A stretch of DNA of 64,000 nucleotides from an uncultured Alphaproteobacteria bacterium (lineage in GTDB: Bacteria; Pseudomonadota; Alphaproteobacteria; HIMB59; GCA-002718135), in NCBI GenBank assembly GCA_902625365.1, contig CACOAX010000001.1:104310-168309 (forward strand). Reading direction: 5' to 3'. A model generated the notes under the pieces. It worked only from the letters and a program-made list of their open reading frames with translations, was not told the origin of the DNA and ran no database searches. The position numbers were made by a program, and so were the translations under genes. How positions within the stretch are numbered: position 1 is the first letter of the stretch; each line of letters begins with the position of its first letter. Below, in pieces: positions 1 through 10,532 of the stretch.

Positions 1-586
1 TAAGTTTTGAAAGTTCATTTTGTGGAAAAAAATTTATTAAATAAACACAATCTTTAGCTAATGAAGATTTAGAAGAGTATGAAAAAAATATTACTTCATG
101 AGTGCAATAATTATTTAATAGCTTTGCATACTTAGATTGAATTGGTCCTAGAAAAATTTTTCCAGGTAGTAGGTTTTTTTCTATAATTTTTTTTAGATCA
201 TTTTCATTTTCAAAAAATTCTATTTGTATAACAATATCACTTATACCAAGATTAAAAATTCCCAACTCATAAGTATTCAAGAATTGTTTTGTGGTTTTTT
301 TATCGTCATCTTTTGCAAATAAAGCAATAATTGTTTTATCTAAGACAATATCGTCTAAAATCTTATTCTGCTTATCTTGTTTGCTTTCTTTTTTTTCAAT
401 TACCTTATTTTCGCTTTTAGTTTTAATTGATTTTTCAGAAATAGTTATTTCTTGGGTATTTTTTGCGTCTTGTTTAGACAAATTTACTGGAGTACATGAA
501 ATTATAAATATAAATATACATAGAATGGATAGTATTTTTAATGGCCTCTCAATTGTAGCCACACCTATTGGCAATTTAGATGACAT
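1..586 (-). CDS. lipoprotein with periplasmic-binding-protein-like body (LpoA/LppC-like); N-terminal part only, runs off the left window edge
   Basis: Absent from the ORF track because no stop lies in the window. Hand translation of the minus strand is open from ATG 586 (alternative GTG 562) to base 1: MSSKLPIGVATIERPLKILSILCIFIFIISC/TPVNLSKQ... (signal peptide + lipobox Cys), later ...ELGIFNLGISDIVIQIEFF...LPGKIFLGPIQSKYAKLL. Divergent from rsmI as lpoA(yraM)/rsmI(yraL) in E. coli. Confidence 0.4.
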   Translation of the reverse strand, partial: MSSKLPIGVATIERPLKILSILCIFIFIISCTPVNLSKQDAKNTQEITISEKSIKTKSENKVIEKKESKQDKQNKILDDIVLDKTIIALFAKDDDKKTTKQFLNTYELGIFNLGISDIVIQIEFFENENDLKKIIEKNLLPGKIFLGPIQSKYAKLLNNYCTHEVIFFSYSSKSSLAKDCVYLINFFPQNELSKL

Positions 587-1367
587 AACCTACAGAGCAG
601 TAAAAGTACTTGAAGAATGTGATATCATTATTTGTGAAAATCCTAAACATTCACTTAAACTACTAAATAAATTAGACATTAAAAAGAAATTAATAGCTTT
701 GCACGATTATAATGAACATAAAATTATAGATAAGATTAAAGTTTTATTAAAAAGTAAAAATTGTGTCCTAATTTCTGATGCGGGCTCACCACTTATTTCA
801 GATCCTGGATATAATTTAGTACAATATTGTATTGCAAATAGTATTAAAGTTACATCTGTTCCTGGCCCCTCTTCAATTTTATCAGGTTTACAGTTATCTG
901 GATTACCAATATCAGAATTTGCTTTTTTTGGTTTTGTTCCAAAATCAAAAAAAAAGATCGAGGATCTTGTTAAGAATATTTCTCAAGAAAAAAGGACTTG
1001 TGTATTTTTTGTCTCAAGTCATAAATTAATTATTTTTCTAGATTGCCTAGAAAATGTTATGGGTGATAGATCAATTTCAATATGTAAAGAACTTACAAAG
1101 GTAAATGAATTTGTCTTTAGGGGAAATCCAGGCAATGTGAAAAATAAAATACTAGAAGATAAAGAAAATATTAAAGGAGAGTTTGTAGCTGTTATTGATA
1201 GACAAACATCAAAAAATCAAGATTTTGACAATATTGATTTGTATAGTAAAGAATTAAAAAAGATGGCTTCAAAATTTTCTTTGACCGACATCGTCGAAAT
1301 AGTACATAAATTTACAAAAATTAATAAAAACAAAATTTACAAATGGTTGTTAAAATTAAGAAAATAA
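525..1367 (+). CDS. rsmI: 16S rRNA (cytidine1402-2'-O)-methyltransferase RsmI
   Basis: LSIVATPIGNLDDITYRAVKVLEECDIIICE and LISDAGSPLISDPG (tetrapyrrole-methylase fold, RsmI family). ORF-track start 291 rejected; Met at 525 gives the canonical N-terminus. Confidence 0.9.
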   Translation: MDSIFNGLSIVATPIGNLDDITYRAVKVLEECDIIICENPKHSLKLLNKLDIKKKLIALHDYNEHKIIDKIKVLLKSKNCVLISDAGSPLISDPGYNLVQYCIANSIKVTSVPGPSSILSGLQLSGLPISEFAFFGFVPKSKKKIEDLVKNISQEKRTCVFFVSSHKLIIFLDCLENVMGDRSISICKELTKVNEFVFRGNPGNVKNKILEDKENIKGEFVAVIDRQTSKNQDFDNIDLYSKELKKMASKFSLTDIVEIVHKFTKINKNKIYKWLLKLRK

Positions 1368-1951
1368 TTAAAATTTTATTTATTCCAATATTTTTAATCA
1401 TAGCATCTGTAAATTATGGATGCTCACCAGCAAGTGTGCTTGCTACAGGTGGGGGTAGTGCAATGGTAGTTGCTGAAGGAGAAAGATCTTTTGGTACAGT
1501 GGTAGATGATGCGACCATTAAGGTAAATATTGCAGCAAAATTTTTAAATGCAGGAAACAATCTTTTTGTAAATATAAATACAAGTATTTTAGAGGGTAGG
1601 GTTTTATTAACTGGGCTTGTAGATAACCAAGAAATTAGAATTGATGCAGTAAGATTAGTTTGGGAAGTTGAAGGAGTTAAAGAAATTATAAATGAAATAG
1701 AAATTGGAAATAGAACAACACTTAAAGATTATGCTACTGATTTATGGATTAATACACAAGCAAGGGCTATAGCTGCTAAAACCGTTGGGATTAAAGCAAT
1801 TACATTTAATTTTGAAACTATACAGGGTAAAATTTATATAGCGGGTATTACAGCGCGCCCGGATCTTTTGGATGAAATGATTCTTGCTCTTAAAAATATA
1901 AAGGGTGTTAATGAAATTGTTAATTATGTAATTATAAGAGATAAACTATAA
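1343..1951 (+). CDS. BON-domain lipoprotein (DolP/YraP/OsmY-like)
   Basis: Signal peptide + lipobox (IIASVNYGC), two BON-like segments (ILEGRVLLTGLV, IQGKIYIAGIT); rsmI-neighbour context like E. coli yraP. Confidence 0.7.
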   Translation: MVVKIKKIIKILFIPIFLIIASVNYGCSPASVLATGGGSAMVVAEGERSFGTVVDDATIKVNIAAKFLNAGNNLFVNINTSILEGRVLLTGLVDNQEIRIDAVRLVWEVEGVKEIINEIEIGNRTTLKDYATDLWINTQARAIAAKTVGIKAITFNFETIQGKIYIAGITARPDLLDEMILALKNIKGVNEIVNYVIIRDKL

Positions 1952-1952
1952 T

Positions 1953-2303
1953 TTACCTTAAGCTTCCTATTTTTTCACCTGCTAAAATATGAATATGAAA
2001 ATGCGGAACTTCTTGTCCACCATCTTCTCCAGAGTTTGTTATCAACCTATAACCAGTATTTTCAATATTAATATTATTTATTACGAGTTGAACACTTTTA
2101 AAAAAAGATGTGATATTTTCATTATCTGCATTTTTTAAAAAATCAGAAAAGGTTGTACAAGGAAATTTTGGTATACCTAAAACATGTATTTTAGCTTGTG
2201 GATTAATATCATAAAAGAATAAGCTAAATTCGTCTTCATAAATTTTATCACAAGGAATTTCTTTTCTTAATATTTTGGCAAATATATTATTTTCATCATA
2301 CAT
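1953..2303 (-). CDS. HIT-family (histidine triad) nucleotide hydrolase
   Basis: C-terminal histidine triad VPHFHIHILAGEK; 116 aa typical size. Confidence 0.85.
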   Translation of the reverse strand: MYDENNIFAKILRKEIPCDKIYEDEFSLFFYDINPQAKIHVLGIPKFPCTTFSDFLKNADNENITSFFKSVQLVINNINIENTGYRLITNSGEDGGQEVPHFHIHILAGEKIGSLR

Positions 2304-2309
2304 AATATT

Positions 2310-2582
2310 TTATTTTCTATTATCTAATTCTTTGTGAATTTCATTGATAGTAATTTTTTTTGACCTTAATAGAATGAGGAGGTGATAAATTACATCAACA
2401 GCTTCTTCTATTGTTCTTTTTTTAGATCCTTTTAAAAAATCAATAATTAACTCAGAGGACTCTTCTCCAAATTTTTGAGCTATTTTTTTTGGTCCTAAAT
2501 TTAATAACTTATTGGTATACGAATTTTTTTTTCTTGTTTTTATTCTGTTATTTATGATTTCATTTAGTTCTTCGATTTTCAT
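2310..2582 (-). CDS. hisE: phosphoribosyl-ATP pyrophosphohydrolase
   Basis: KIAQKFGEESSELIIDF and EEAVDVIYHLLILL (MazG-like PRA-PH); directly downstream of hisF. Confidence 0.85.
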   Translation of the reverse strand: MKIEELNEIINNRIKTRKKNSYTNKLLNLGPKKIAQKFGEESSELIIDFLKGSKKRTIEEAVDVIYHLLILLRSKKITINEIHKELDNRK

Positions 2583-2587
2583 AAAAT

Positions 2588-3343
2588 TTAATCTCTGATA
2601 TTTATATTTTTATTTTTTAAATATTTCTTTACTTCTTTAATGCTTATTTCATTAAAATGAAAGACTGAGGCTGCTAATAATGCATCGGCCCTACCTTTAA
2701 CTACACCATCATAAAAATGATCTAGGTTTCCAACTCCTCCACTAGCTATAACAGGTATCTTTAAAAATTCTGACACTTTACTAAGTAATTCATTATCAAA
2801 ACCAGATTTTGTGCCATCCTTGTCCATTGATGTTAAAAGAATCTCGCCGGCTCCTAGCTTTTGAACTTTTTCAATCCAACTTAAAGCATTTAAATCAGTT
2901 TTCTTGGTCCCCCCATGAGAATAAACAAACCAATCATTATTGTGTTTTTTTGCATCAACAGCCACAACGATGCACTGGTTTCCAAAATATTCAGAAGCCT
3001 GTTTAATGATGTTTGGGTTTTTAATTGCTGCAGAATTTATAGAAACTTTGTCTGCACCAGCTTTAAGCAAGGCTTTTATATTTTCTATTGATGAAATTCC
3101 ACCGCCAACTGTAAGTGGGATAAAAACCTCATTTGCTGTCTTTTTAACTACATTGACCATAGTATCTCTATTCTCTAATGATGCACTAATATCCAGGAAA
3201 CATATTTCATCAGCTCCATTATCAGAATAGTGTTTTGCTTGTTCAACAGGATCTCCTGCATCAATTAAATTTAAAAAATTGATACCTTTTACAACTCTTC
3301 CATCTTTAACGTCCAAGCATGGGATGATTCTTATTTTTACCAT
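2588..3343 (-). CDS. hisF: imidazole glycerol phosphate synthase, cyclase subunit
   Basis: [44 protein letters not shown]. Confidence 0.95.
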   Translation of the reverse strand: MVKIRIIPCLDVKDGRVVKGINFLNLIDAGDPVEQAKHYSDNGADEICFLDISASLENRDTMVNVVKKTANEVFIPLTVGGGISSIENIKALLKAGADKVSINSAAIKNPNIIKQASEYFGNQCIVVAVDAKKHNNDWFVYSHGGTKKTDLNALSWIEKVQKLGAGEILLTSMDKDGTKSGFDNELLSKVSEFLKIPVIASGGVGNLDHFYDGVVKGRADALLAASVFHFNEISIKEVKKYLKNKNINIRD

Positions 3344-3344
3344 T

Positions 3345-4085
3345 TTAGTTTAGAATTTTTTGCGCCTCTACTAAATCAATCTTTCCTTCATAGAAAGATT
3401 TACCCGAAATTATTCCTTCAATATTTTTTATATTAAGCTTCTTTAAATTTATTAGATCAGAGTAATCAGTTAAGCCACCCGCAATTATAATTTTTTTGTT
3501 AAATTTTTTAATTAATTTTATTTTATTTAGAAAATTATTAACAAAATCAAAATTTAAACCTTTTAGCATTCCATCATTTTGAATATCTGTAATTACATAT
3601 CCTTTTATTTTTGAGTTAGTATAAATATCAAGAATATCTTGTATTTTCTTTCCAGAATTTTCATCCCAACCCTTTATCATTATGTTATCTTCAAGAATAT
3701 CTAATGATATATATACTTTATCTGCGTACATATTTGATAAAATTATAACTTCATTTGGTTTTTCGATAGACATTGACCCAATAATCAAATTATCTATACC
3801 AGCTTCAAAATATTTTTTGGCTAAATCTAAATATCTAACACCGCCCCCCAATTGTATTGGTATTGAAATTGATTTTCTAATTTTTTTTATTGTTTCAAAA
3901 TTAACATTTGATCTACCAAAAGCAGCATCTAGATCAACCAAGTGAAGTTTTTTACAACCTATTTGTTCAAAGTAGATAGCTTGTTTTTCTGGGTCTTCGT
4001 TGTAAACAACACTGGAGTTATCTTTACCTTTAGAAAGTCTAACGCATTTATTATCTTTTAAATCAATGGCTGGTATAATTTGCAC
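3345..4085 (-). CDS. hisA: ProFAR isomerase
   Basis: (M)[38 protein letters not shown] start shares 1 nt with the stop of the upstream GNAT gene (TAGTG). Confidence 0.9.
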   Translation of the reverse strand: MQIIPAIDLKDNKCVRLSKGKDNSSVVYNEDPEKQAIYFEQIGCKKLHLVDLDAAFGRSNVNFETIKKIRKSISIPIQLGGGVRYLDLAKKYFEAGIDNLIIGSMSIEKPNEVIILSNMYADKVYISLDILEDNIMIKGWDENSGKKIQDILDIYTNSKIKGYVITDIQNDGMLKGLNFDFVNNFLNKIKLIKKFNKKIIIAGGLTDYSDLINLKKLNIKNIEGIISGKSFYEGKIDLVEAQKILN

Positions 4086-4627
4086 TACAGATTTTTATAA
4101 TAATAGTAACCCTTAATAAAACTTCCGTTAATGTAAGCATAGTATGGGTTTTCACCCCACTTGATATAATTTTTACTTGTAAAAAGTTTTATTGCTGCAT
4201 CCTGTGTTTCTCTTACGGCTAACTGCAATGATTTAATATTATCTTCTTTGGCAATTTGTTCAGTGTGATCAATCATTGTTTTAGCCAAACCATAACCCCT
4301 TGCCCATGGAGCAACAAATTGTCTTCTTATACGTGCAATATTTTTCCTAGACTCAATATTAGGGGCTTCATATGCAAGTTGAAGGGTTCCAGCTATAACA
4401 CCATTAAGTCTTCCAACAATAAGTTTAATATATTTATCATTTGTTCTTTTAGTCCAGTAATCAGTTAAAACATCTCTTGTGGGAACTCTTAACCAACCAA
4501 AACCTCCTCCAGCTTTAATTGCCTGTTCAGTAATGTTAGAAAGATCTGCCAAATCTACGTCTGTAAGTGTTTCAATGTTATCAACTGAAATATTAATCTT
4601 TTCTTTAAGTTGTGTAGACATGTTCAT
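4085..4627 (-). CDS. GNAT-family N-acetyltransferase embedded in the his operon
   Basis: Acetyl-CoA-binding region RRQFVAPWARGYGLAKTMIDH; 180 aa; 4-nt overlap with hisH, 1-nt with hisA. Confidence 0.7.
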   Translation of the reverse strand: MNMSTQLKEKINISVDNIETLTDVDLADLSNITEQAIKAGGGFGWLRVPTRDVLTDYWTKRTNDKYIKLIVGRLNGVIAGTLQLAYEAPNIESRKNIARIRRQFVAPWARGYGLAKTMIDHTEQIAKEDNIKSLQLAVRETQDAAIKLFTSKNYIKWGENPYYAYINGSFIKGYYYYKNL

Positions 4628-5253
4628 ACTCTAATAAATTCTTTTAGTAAGCTTAATCCTTGGGAGGAACTTTTTTCAGGATGAAACTGAACGCCATATA
4701 TATTTTCTTTTCCAACAATTGAAGCAAAATTTGTTCCATACTTAGTTTCTGCCAAAATATTATCTTTTTGAGCACAATCAAAATAATAAGAATGAACGAA
4801 GTAATAATCATTTTTATTAGAGATTAAGTTGTTGTATTTTGATTTTGTTGGTACAACCAAGTTCCATCCCATATGAGGAAGCTTTAAATTATCTTCAGGT
4901 AATGATTTAATTTGACCGTCTATCCAACCTAGACCTTCATGAACTCCATTTTCTTCACTCATGTTAGCTAACATTTGCATACCAACACATATTCCCAAAA
5001 ATGGCTTCTTTTTAATTAATGCAAACTCACAAAGCTCATCAATTAAGCCATCAGTTTTTTTTAAACCATTCATGCATGTAGAAAATGCTCCTTGGCCAGG
5101 TAATACAATGTGAGTTGAGTTTTTTACATCAATTAGTTTTTTTGAAATTAAAACGTCAGCATCAATATTATTATTTTTTGCTATTTTAATAAAAGATTTT
5201 TGTGCAGACAAAACATTTCCTGAGCCGTAATCGACAATAGTGATCTTTTTCAT
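4624..5253 (-). CDS. hisH: imidazole glycerol phosphate synthase, glutaminase subunit
   Basis: Class-I amidotransferase: FLGICVGMQML (Cys nucleophile), YGVQFHPEKSS. Confidence 0.95.
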   Translation of the reverse strand: MKKITIVDYGSGNVLSAQKSFIKIAKNNNIDADVLISKKLIDVKNSTHIVLPGQGAFSTCMNGLKKTDGLIDELCEFALIKKKPFLGICVGMQMLANMSEENGVHEGLGWIDGQIKSLPEDNLKLPHMGWNLVVPTKSKYNNLISNKNDYYFVHSYYFDCAQKDNILAETKYGTNFASIVGKENIYGVQFHPEKSSSQGLSLLKEFIRV

Positions 5254-5259
5254 TTAAAA

Positions 5260-5847
5260 TTAAAGAGTACCTTTTGATGATGGTATATTATCTTTTCTTC
5301 TGTTATCAATTTCGACAGCAAATCTTAAACTTTTGGCAAAAGCCTTAAAGCATGATTCAATGATATGGTGATTGTTTTTTCCATACAAGTTTTCGATATG
5401 TAAATTACATTTAGATTCATTTGAAAATGCTTTGAAAAATTCATGGAATAACTCTGTGTCCATTTCACCAATTTTTTTTAGACCAAGATTAACATTCCAC
5501 ACAAGCTCAGGCCTTCCACTTAAATCAATAACACATCTTGATAAGCATTCATCCATTGGAACATATGAAAAACCATACCTATTTATTCCTTTCTTATCAT
5601 CTAATGCTTTGTTTATAGCTAAAGCAATTGAGTAAGCGGTATCTTCAACTGAATGATGAAGGTCTACATTAGTATCTCCTTCACATTTTAAATCTATATC
5701 TATCAAACTGTGATGAGATAATAATTCCAGCATATGATCAAAAAAACCAATTTGTGTTGAAATTTTAGATTGGCCAGTACCATCTAAATTAACCTCACAG
5801 GTAATCTTGGTTTCTTTAGTGTTTCTATCAACTTTTCCTTTTCGCAT
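5260..5847 (-). CDS. hisB: imidazoleglycerol-phosphate dehydratase
   Basis: [39 protein letters not shown]. Confidence 0.95.
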   Translation of the reverse strand: MRKGKVDRNTKETKITCEVNLDGTGQSKISTQIGFFDHMLELLSHHSLIDIDLKCEGDTNVDLHHSVEDTAYSIALAINKALDDKKGINRYGFSYVPMDECLSRCVIDLSGRPELVWNVNLGLKKIGEMDTELFHEFFKAFSNESKCNLHIENLYGKNNHHIIESCFKAFAKSLRFAVEIDNRRKDNIPSSKGTL

Positions 5848-5891
5848 TTTTGCCTAATATCAGTGAAATATGATTTATTCTAGGTAAATTA

Positions 5892-5920
5892 CTTGATAAA
5901 AATAATTAAATAGCCATCTT
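5892..5920 (+). promoter_or_regulatory. possible sigma-32-type heat-shock promoter for hslVU
   Basis: CTTGATA (5892-5898) - 14/15 nt - GCCATCTT (5913-5920), resembling CTTGAAA-N13-15-CCCCATNT; hslVU is a classical RpoH regulon member. Only ~8 nt before the ATG, so geometry is awkward. Confidence 0.25.
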
Positions 5921-5928
5921 ATTTAAGA

Positions 5929-6477
5929 ATGAAAAAAAACATTATTAAGTCAACAACTATCGTAGGTATTAGAAAAGATAATCTCGTTGTTATTGCTGGT
6001 GATGGTCAGGCCAGTCTTGGTAATACGGTAATGAAATCAAATGTTAAAAAAATTAGAAGACTCGGAGCAGAGGAATCAGTTATTTCTGGATTTGCAGGAT
6101 CTACTGCTGATGCATTTGCTTTGTTTGAAAGATTAGAAGGCAAATTAGATCAATATAAAAACCAACTTAAGAGAGCTTGTGTAGAGCTAGCTAAAGATTG
6201 GAGAACAGATAGATATCTAAGAAGGTTAGAAGCAATGATGATTGTGGCTGACAAGGATGTAAGCTTGTTGTTGTCTGGTACTGGTGATGTAATTGAATCT
6301 GATGATGGAATACTTGCAATAGGTTCTGGTGGTCCATATGCAAATAGTGCTGCAAAAGCATTGATGAAAAATACAAAAATGGATGCAAAAGAAATTGCTT
6401 TAGAATCACTTAATATAGCTGCAGATATTTGTATTTATACAAACCATAATATCATTTCAGAAACAATTGAGCTTTAG
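5929..6477 (+). CDS. hslV: ATP-dependent protease subunit HslV
   Basis: [20 protein letters not shown] (Thr nucleophile after short N-terminal extension), GSGGPYA. Confidence 0.95.
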   Translation: MKKNIIKSTTIVGIRKDNLVVIAGDGQASLGNTVMKSNVKKIRRLGAEESVISGFAGSTADAFALFERLEGKLDQYKNQLKRACVELAKDWRTDRYLRRLEAMMIVADKDVSLLLSGTGDVIESDDGILAIGSGGPYANSAAKALMKNTKMDAKEIALESLNIAADICIYTNHNIISETIEL

Positions 6478-6479
6478 AT

Positions 6480-7793
6480 ATGGAATCTAGTTTTAGCCCA
6501 AGGGAAATTGTTTCAGAGCTAGATAAATTTATTATTGGTCAAAATAATGCCAAAAAAGCAGTTGCTGTTGCATTAAGAAACAGATGGAGAAGAAAACAAC
6601 TTGATGACTCTTTAAAAGAAGAAATTGTTCCAAAAAATATTTTAATGGTGGGCCCTACTGGTTGTGGAAAGACTGAAATATCAAGAAGGCTCGCTAAGTT
6701 GGCAAATGCTCCATTTATTAAAGTTGAAGCAACAAAGTTTACTGAAGTTGGATATGTTGGAAGAGATGTAGAACAAATTATCAGAGACTTAGTTGAAATA
6801 AGTATTACAAAAACGAAAATACAAATGGGTCAAGAAGTGAAAGCTAAAGCAGAGAAAAATGCAGAAGAAAGAATCTTAGATGTTTTGGTTTCAAAAAGCT
6901 CAACACCAGCAACACGTGATAATTTTAGAAAGAAACTTAGGTCAGGTGAATTGAATGATAAAGAAGTAGAAATACCAGTATCTTCAAATCCAAATCTTAG
7001 TTTACCTACTATGGATATACCTGGAATGCCTGGGTCTCAAATGGGAATGATTAACCTAGGAGATATTTTTGGCAAAGGAGTTGGTGGCCAAAAAAAGATG
7101 AAAAAAATGAGCATTAAAGATTCTCATGCTTATTTGTTAAGTGAAGAAACTGATAAGCTTTTAGATAAAGATAAAATTAACTCAAGAGCCTTAGAAGATG
7201 TTGAAGAAAATGGTATCGTCTTCATAGATGAAATAGATAAGATTACTTCTAGAGCAGAAAGAGGTGGTGCAGATGTATCTCGTGAAGGTGTTCAAAGAGA
7301 CTTATTGCCTCTAATTGAAGGAACCTCAGTAACAACAAAGTATGGAGTTGTAAAAACGGATTATGTGTTATTTATTGCTTCTGGTGCTTTTCATTTATCA
7401 AAACCATCCGATATGCTTCCTGAGCTGCAAGGTAGATTACCAATAAGAGTCGAGCTTGATAGCCTTAGTAAAAAAGATTTTAAACTTATTCTTACAGAAA
7501 CACAAAATAGTTTGATTAAGCAGTATCAAGGTCTTCTCGGAACAGAGAAGGTTGATTTAAAATTTGAAGAAAGTGGTATAGATACTATAGCGTCTCTCTC
7601 TACAGAGATAAACCAGAACGTAGAAAATATAGGGGCAAGAAGGCTACATACTGTAATGGAAAAATTGCTTGAAGAAGTTAGTTATACAGCATCAGATATA
7701 GGCCCTACAGAAATTATAATTAACAAAGAATACGTTGAAAATAGCCTGGGAGAACTTATTAAAAGTCAGGACTTATCCAAGTTTATATTGTAA
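6480..7793 (+). CDS. hslU: ATP-dependent protease ATPase subunit HslU
   Basis: Walker [12 protein letters not shown], Walker [11 protein letters not shown]; 437 aa. Confidence 0.95.
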   Translation: MESSFSPREIVSELDKFIIGQNNAKKAVAVALRNRWRRKQLDDSLKEEIVPKNILMVGPTGCGKTEISRRLAKLANAPFIKVEATKFTEVGYVGRDVEQIIRDLVEISITKTKIQMGQEVKAKAEKNAEERILDVLVSKSSTPATRDNFRKKLRSGELNDKEVEIPVSSNPNLSLPTMDIPGMPGSQMGMINLGDIFGKGVGGQKKMKKMSIKDSHAYLLSEETDKLLDKDKINSRALEDVEENGIVFIDEIDKITSRAERGGADVSREGVQRDLLPLIEGTSVTTKYGVVKTDYVLFIASGAFHLSKPSDMLPELQGRLPIRVELDSLSKKDFKLILTETQNSLIKQYQGLLGTEKVDLKFEESGIDTIASLSTEINQNVENIGARRLHTVMEKLLEEVSYTASDIGPTEIIINKEYVENSLGELIKSQDLSKFIL

Positions 7794-7822
7794 AGCTCAT
7801 TTAATTTTTTAATAATTGTGAA

Positions 7823-9157
7823 ATGAGTATTTTTAAAAGCATCAAATTTGAATTACTTATTTTAGTATTAGTTACATTAAGTATTTTTGTTTCTTTTAAT
7901 TTGGACCTTTGGTTTTATACTAACTTATTAAACTTAAATCAGTTGAGTAATGGTGTTTTTTTAAAAGAATTTTTTTCAGAAATAACAAAACTTGGGAGCT
8001 CATCTTGGTATTTTTCTATCTCAATAATAGGGTTTGTTGTTTTTTATATAAATAGCAAGCTTCAAATAATAAGAGTTAAATCAACAAACAGCCTTTCTAA
8101 TTTTTTTATTTCTTCTTTTATTTATATTTTGACAGTTGGGGTAATTACTCAGATTATAAAACATGTGGTGGGAAGGCCCAGACCAAATCATGCTAATTTC
8201 GAAGATGTTTTTAGTTTTAAATATTTTAGCTTAGAATCAGATTTTCATTCTTTCCCTTCTGGACACTCTTCTACAATATTTATAGTTTGCTTTATTTTGG
8301 TTTCTGTTCTTCCAAAATTAAGATATTTTTTTTATTTTTTAGCGTCTTTTGTTGCTTTTAGTCGAGTTGTTGTTGGTGCACATTTTTTTACAGATATTGT
8401 TGCTGGGGCAATTTTAGCCTTAATATTATTTAAGATTTTAAATAAATTAATAGAAAATAAATATAATAATTACAAGTTGTCAAATTTAATTCCTGAGAAA
8501 AATTCTGAGATTTTTTATTATATTCTGATTTTGTTCTTTAGTTGTGTGTTTGTGACTGCTGGCCCATCCTTAGATTTATATGTATCAGCTTTGTTTTATA
8601 AGGGGGCAGCACAATTTGAATTACAAAGTTTTGATTTAGCTTCAATATTGTTTCGAGATATTTTATTACCACTAATACTTATTTATATTTTAATTTTACC
8701 AATAGTTGGTCACTTCTTTAAAATTGATAGAATTTTTTTTAATTTTAAATTTTCTATTAAGGAAATAGCTTTATTGTGGATTTCTCAAATTATCAGTGTT
8801 TTAATTTTTGTTAATCTTATACTAAAAAATTTTTGGGGTAGGGCAAGACCAAACGATGTAGTGGAGTTGGGTGGAAAAGAATCTTTTTCTCCATGGTTTG
8901 AAATAAGTAACGCTTGTGAAACAAATTGCTCCTTTGTTTCAGGTGATGCTTCAGTTGGATTTTCAGTTATAATTCTTTATTTTATTACAAGAAAAATAAT
9001 TTTTCTCTATGCAAGTTTTGTTGCTGGTTTTGTATTTGGCTTAATAAGAATAATGGCTGGTGGTCATTTTTTAAGTGACATTTTTTTTGCTGGCTTTTTT
9101 ATTGTAATTTTAAATATAATTTTGTTTGAATTGTATAAAAAATATTATGTTAAATAA
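7823..9157 (+). CDS. integral membrane protein with two tandem PAP2 (acid phosphatase/lipid phosphatase) domains
   Basis: Domain 1: KHVVGRPRPN / PSGHSS / SRVVVGAHFFTD (full KX6RP-PSGH-SRX5HX3D). Domain 2: KNFWGRARPND / VSGDAS / IRIMAGGHFLSD (His of SGH replaced by Asp). Many TM segments. Confidence 0.75.
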   Translation: MSIFKSIKFELLILVLVTLSIFVSFNLDLWFYTNLLNLNQLSNGVFLKEFFSEITKLGSSSWYFSISIIGFVVFYINSKLQIIRVKSTNSLSNFFISSFIYILTVGVITQIIKHVVGRPRPNHANFEDVFSFKYFSLESDFHSFPSGHSSTIFIVCFILVSVLPKLRYFFYFLASFVAFSRVVVGAHFFTDIVAGAILALILFKILNKLIENKYNNYKLSNLIPEKNSEIFYYILILFFSCVFVTAGPSLDLYVSALFYKGAAQFELQSFDLASILFRDILLPLILIYILILPIVGHFFKIDRIFFNFKFSIKEIALLWISQIISVLIFVNLILKNFWGRARPNDVVELGGKESFSPWFEISNACETNCSFVSGDASVGFSVIILYFITRKIIFLYASFVAGFVFGLIRIMAGGHFLSDIFFAGFFIVILNIILFELYKKYYVK

Positions 9158-10532
9158 AATTTTATTACCATCATTTATTGTTTTACTTTTATTAAAAATT
9201 GGTGCCTTAAAGTTTACTACCTTTAATTTGTTTGGTGATGAAGCACAGTATTGGTTATGGTCAAAAAATATTGACTTTGGTTATTTTTCGAAACCCCCTT
9301 TTTTGTCCTGGATAATAAGAGTTTATACAGAAATATTAGGCAGTAGTTTTGTTTCATTAAAGCTTCTCCCATTGTTTGTTTATTTATTGATTTCCTGGAG
9401 TATTTATAATCTTTTAATTAACGCTGGATTAAACAAAAAAGATTCATTCGCAGGTTGTTTAATTTTTTTATTTATACCCGCTGTTTCTTTTTCATCTTTT
9501 ATAATTAGTACTGATCTTTTTTTATTATTATTTTGGACACTTTCACTTAATGAATTAGTGAAGATCAATGGTGAACATAGTTTAAAAAATTTTATATTAT
9601 TAGGTATTTTTCTGGGGTTAGGTTTTTTATCAAAATACGCAGCTATATATTTTGTGATTTGTTTAGTTGTTTTAATTTTATTTGATAAAAGATTTAGAAA
9701 AATTTTTTTGGATAATTTATTTGGTTTTTGTCTTACCTTTTTATGTGTATTTGTAATTATCGTACCAAATATTATTTGGAACTTTAATAATGATTGGATA
9801 ACACTTCAGCATACTTCGGATAATGCAAATTTTGGAAATATTGAAATAGATCTGATTAGAGGTTTAGAATTTTTATTAATTCAAGTTTTAATGTTAGGCC
9901 CGTTTATGGTTTTGGGTGGGATATTTGGATTTAATAAATGGAACTATATTCAAAAAATTTTTCTAATATTTTCTATGCCTATAATTTTAATTGTTTTAGT
10001 AGAAGCTATTATTGTCAGAGCTAATGCAAATTGGGCTGCTCCAGCTTTAATTTCTTTATTTGCTCTTTTATATATTAGAATTAATAATTCTTTTTTAAAG
10101 ATAGCTAATTACATGTTTAATTTCATTGTCTGTTTAATTCTTTTTGTGATGATTGGAATGAGTTATCCGTCTAAAATTTTTGACCGAATAAGTGGTATAA
10201 ATGATTATGCTCTAAAAATTTACAGTGGTTCTTCAGATGGTGTTGTAAAAAATATAGTGGTTTCAGATAGGCTTTTATTTTCAAGCCTTAATTTTGAATT
10301 AAGAGATAAGGATATTAATTTCTATATGCCACATAAAGAAGGTAGTGAAATAACAAACCACTTTAAAATAGTATCTCCTCTTAATAAAAATATAAATGAA
10401 AACTTTACTTTAATTGGGAGCCCTTCAGATATTAATTATTTAGAGAAAGAATATAAGGTGTTAAAAATAAATTCACCTGATCAGAAATTTACAAAAAGAA
10501 AACTTGATGTTTACGAGGTTGTGTTTGAATAA
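9147..10532 (+). CDS. ArnT/PMT-like membrane glycosyltransferase (GT39/GT83 type)
   Basis: N-terminal FGDEAQYWLWSKNIDFGYFSKPPFLSW loop typical of undecaprenyl-phosphate-sugar-dependent transferases; ~12 TM segments. ATG 9147 preferred over TTG 9126. Confidence 0.7.
   Translation: MLNKILLPSFIVLLLLKIGALKFTTFNLFGDEAQYWLWSKNIDFGYFSKPPFLSWIIRVYTEILGSSFVSLKLLPLFVYLLISWSIYNLLINAGLNKKDSFAGCLIFLFIPAVSFSSFIISTDLFLLLFWTLSLNELVKINGEHSLKNFILLGIFLGLGFLSKYAAIYFVICLVVLILFDKRFRKIFLDNLFGFCLTFLCVFVIIVPNIIWNFNNDWITLQHTSDNANFGNIEIDLIRGLEFLLIQVLMLGPFMVLGGIFGFNKWNYIQKIFLIFSMPIILIVLVEAIIVRANANWAAPALISLFALLYIRINNSFLKIANYMFNFIVCLILFVMIGMSYPSKIFDRISGINDYALKIYSGSSDGVVKNIVVSDRLLFSSLNFELRDKDINFYMPHKEGSEITNHFKIVSPLNKNINENFTLIGSPSDINYLEKEYKVLKINSPDQKFTKRKLDVYEVVFE

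Noticed and set aside
291-524. N-terminal 78-aa extension of the rsmI ORF in the track (GTG 291).
   Set aside because: The extension is low-complexity and hydrophobic, with no RsmI similarity. It lies antisense to an open lipoprotein-encoding frame. The canonical RsmI N-terminus begins at Met 525.
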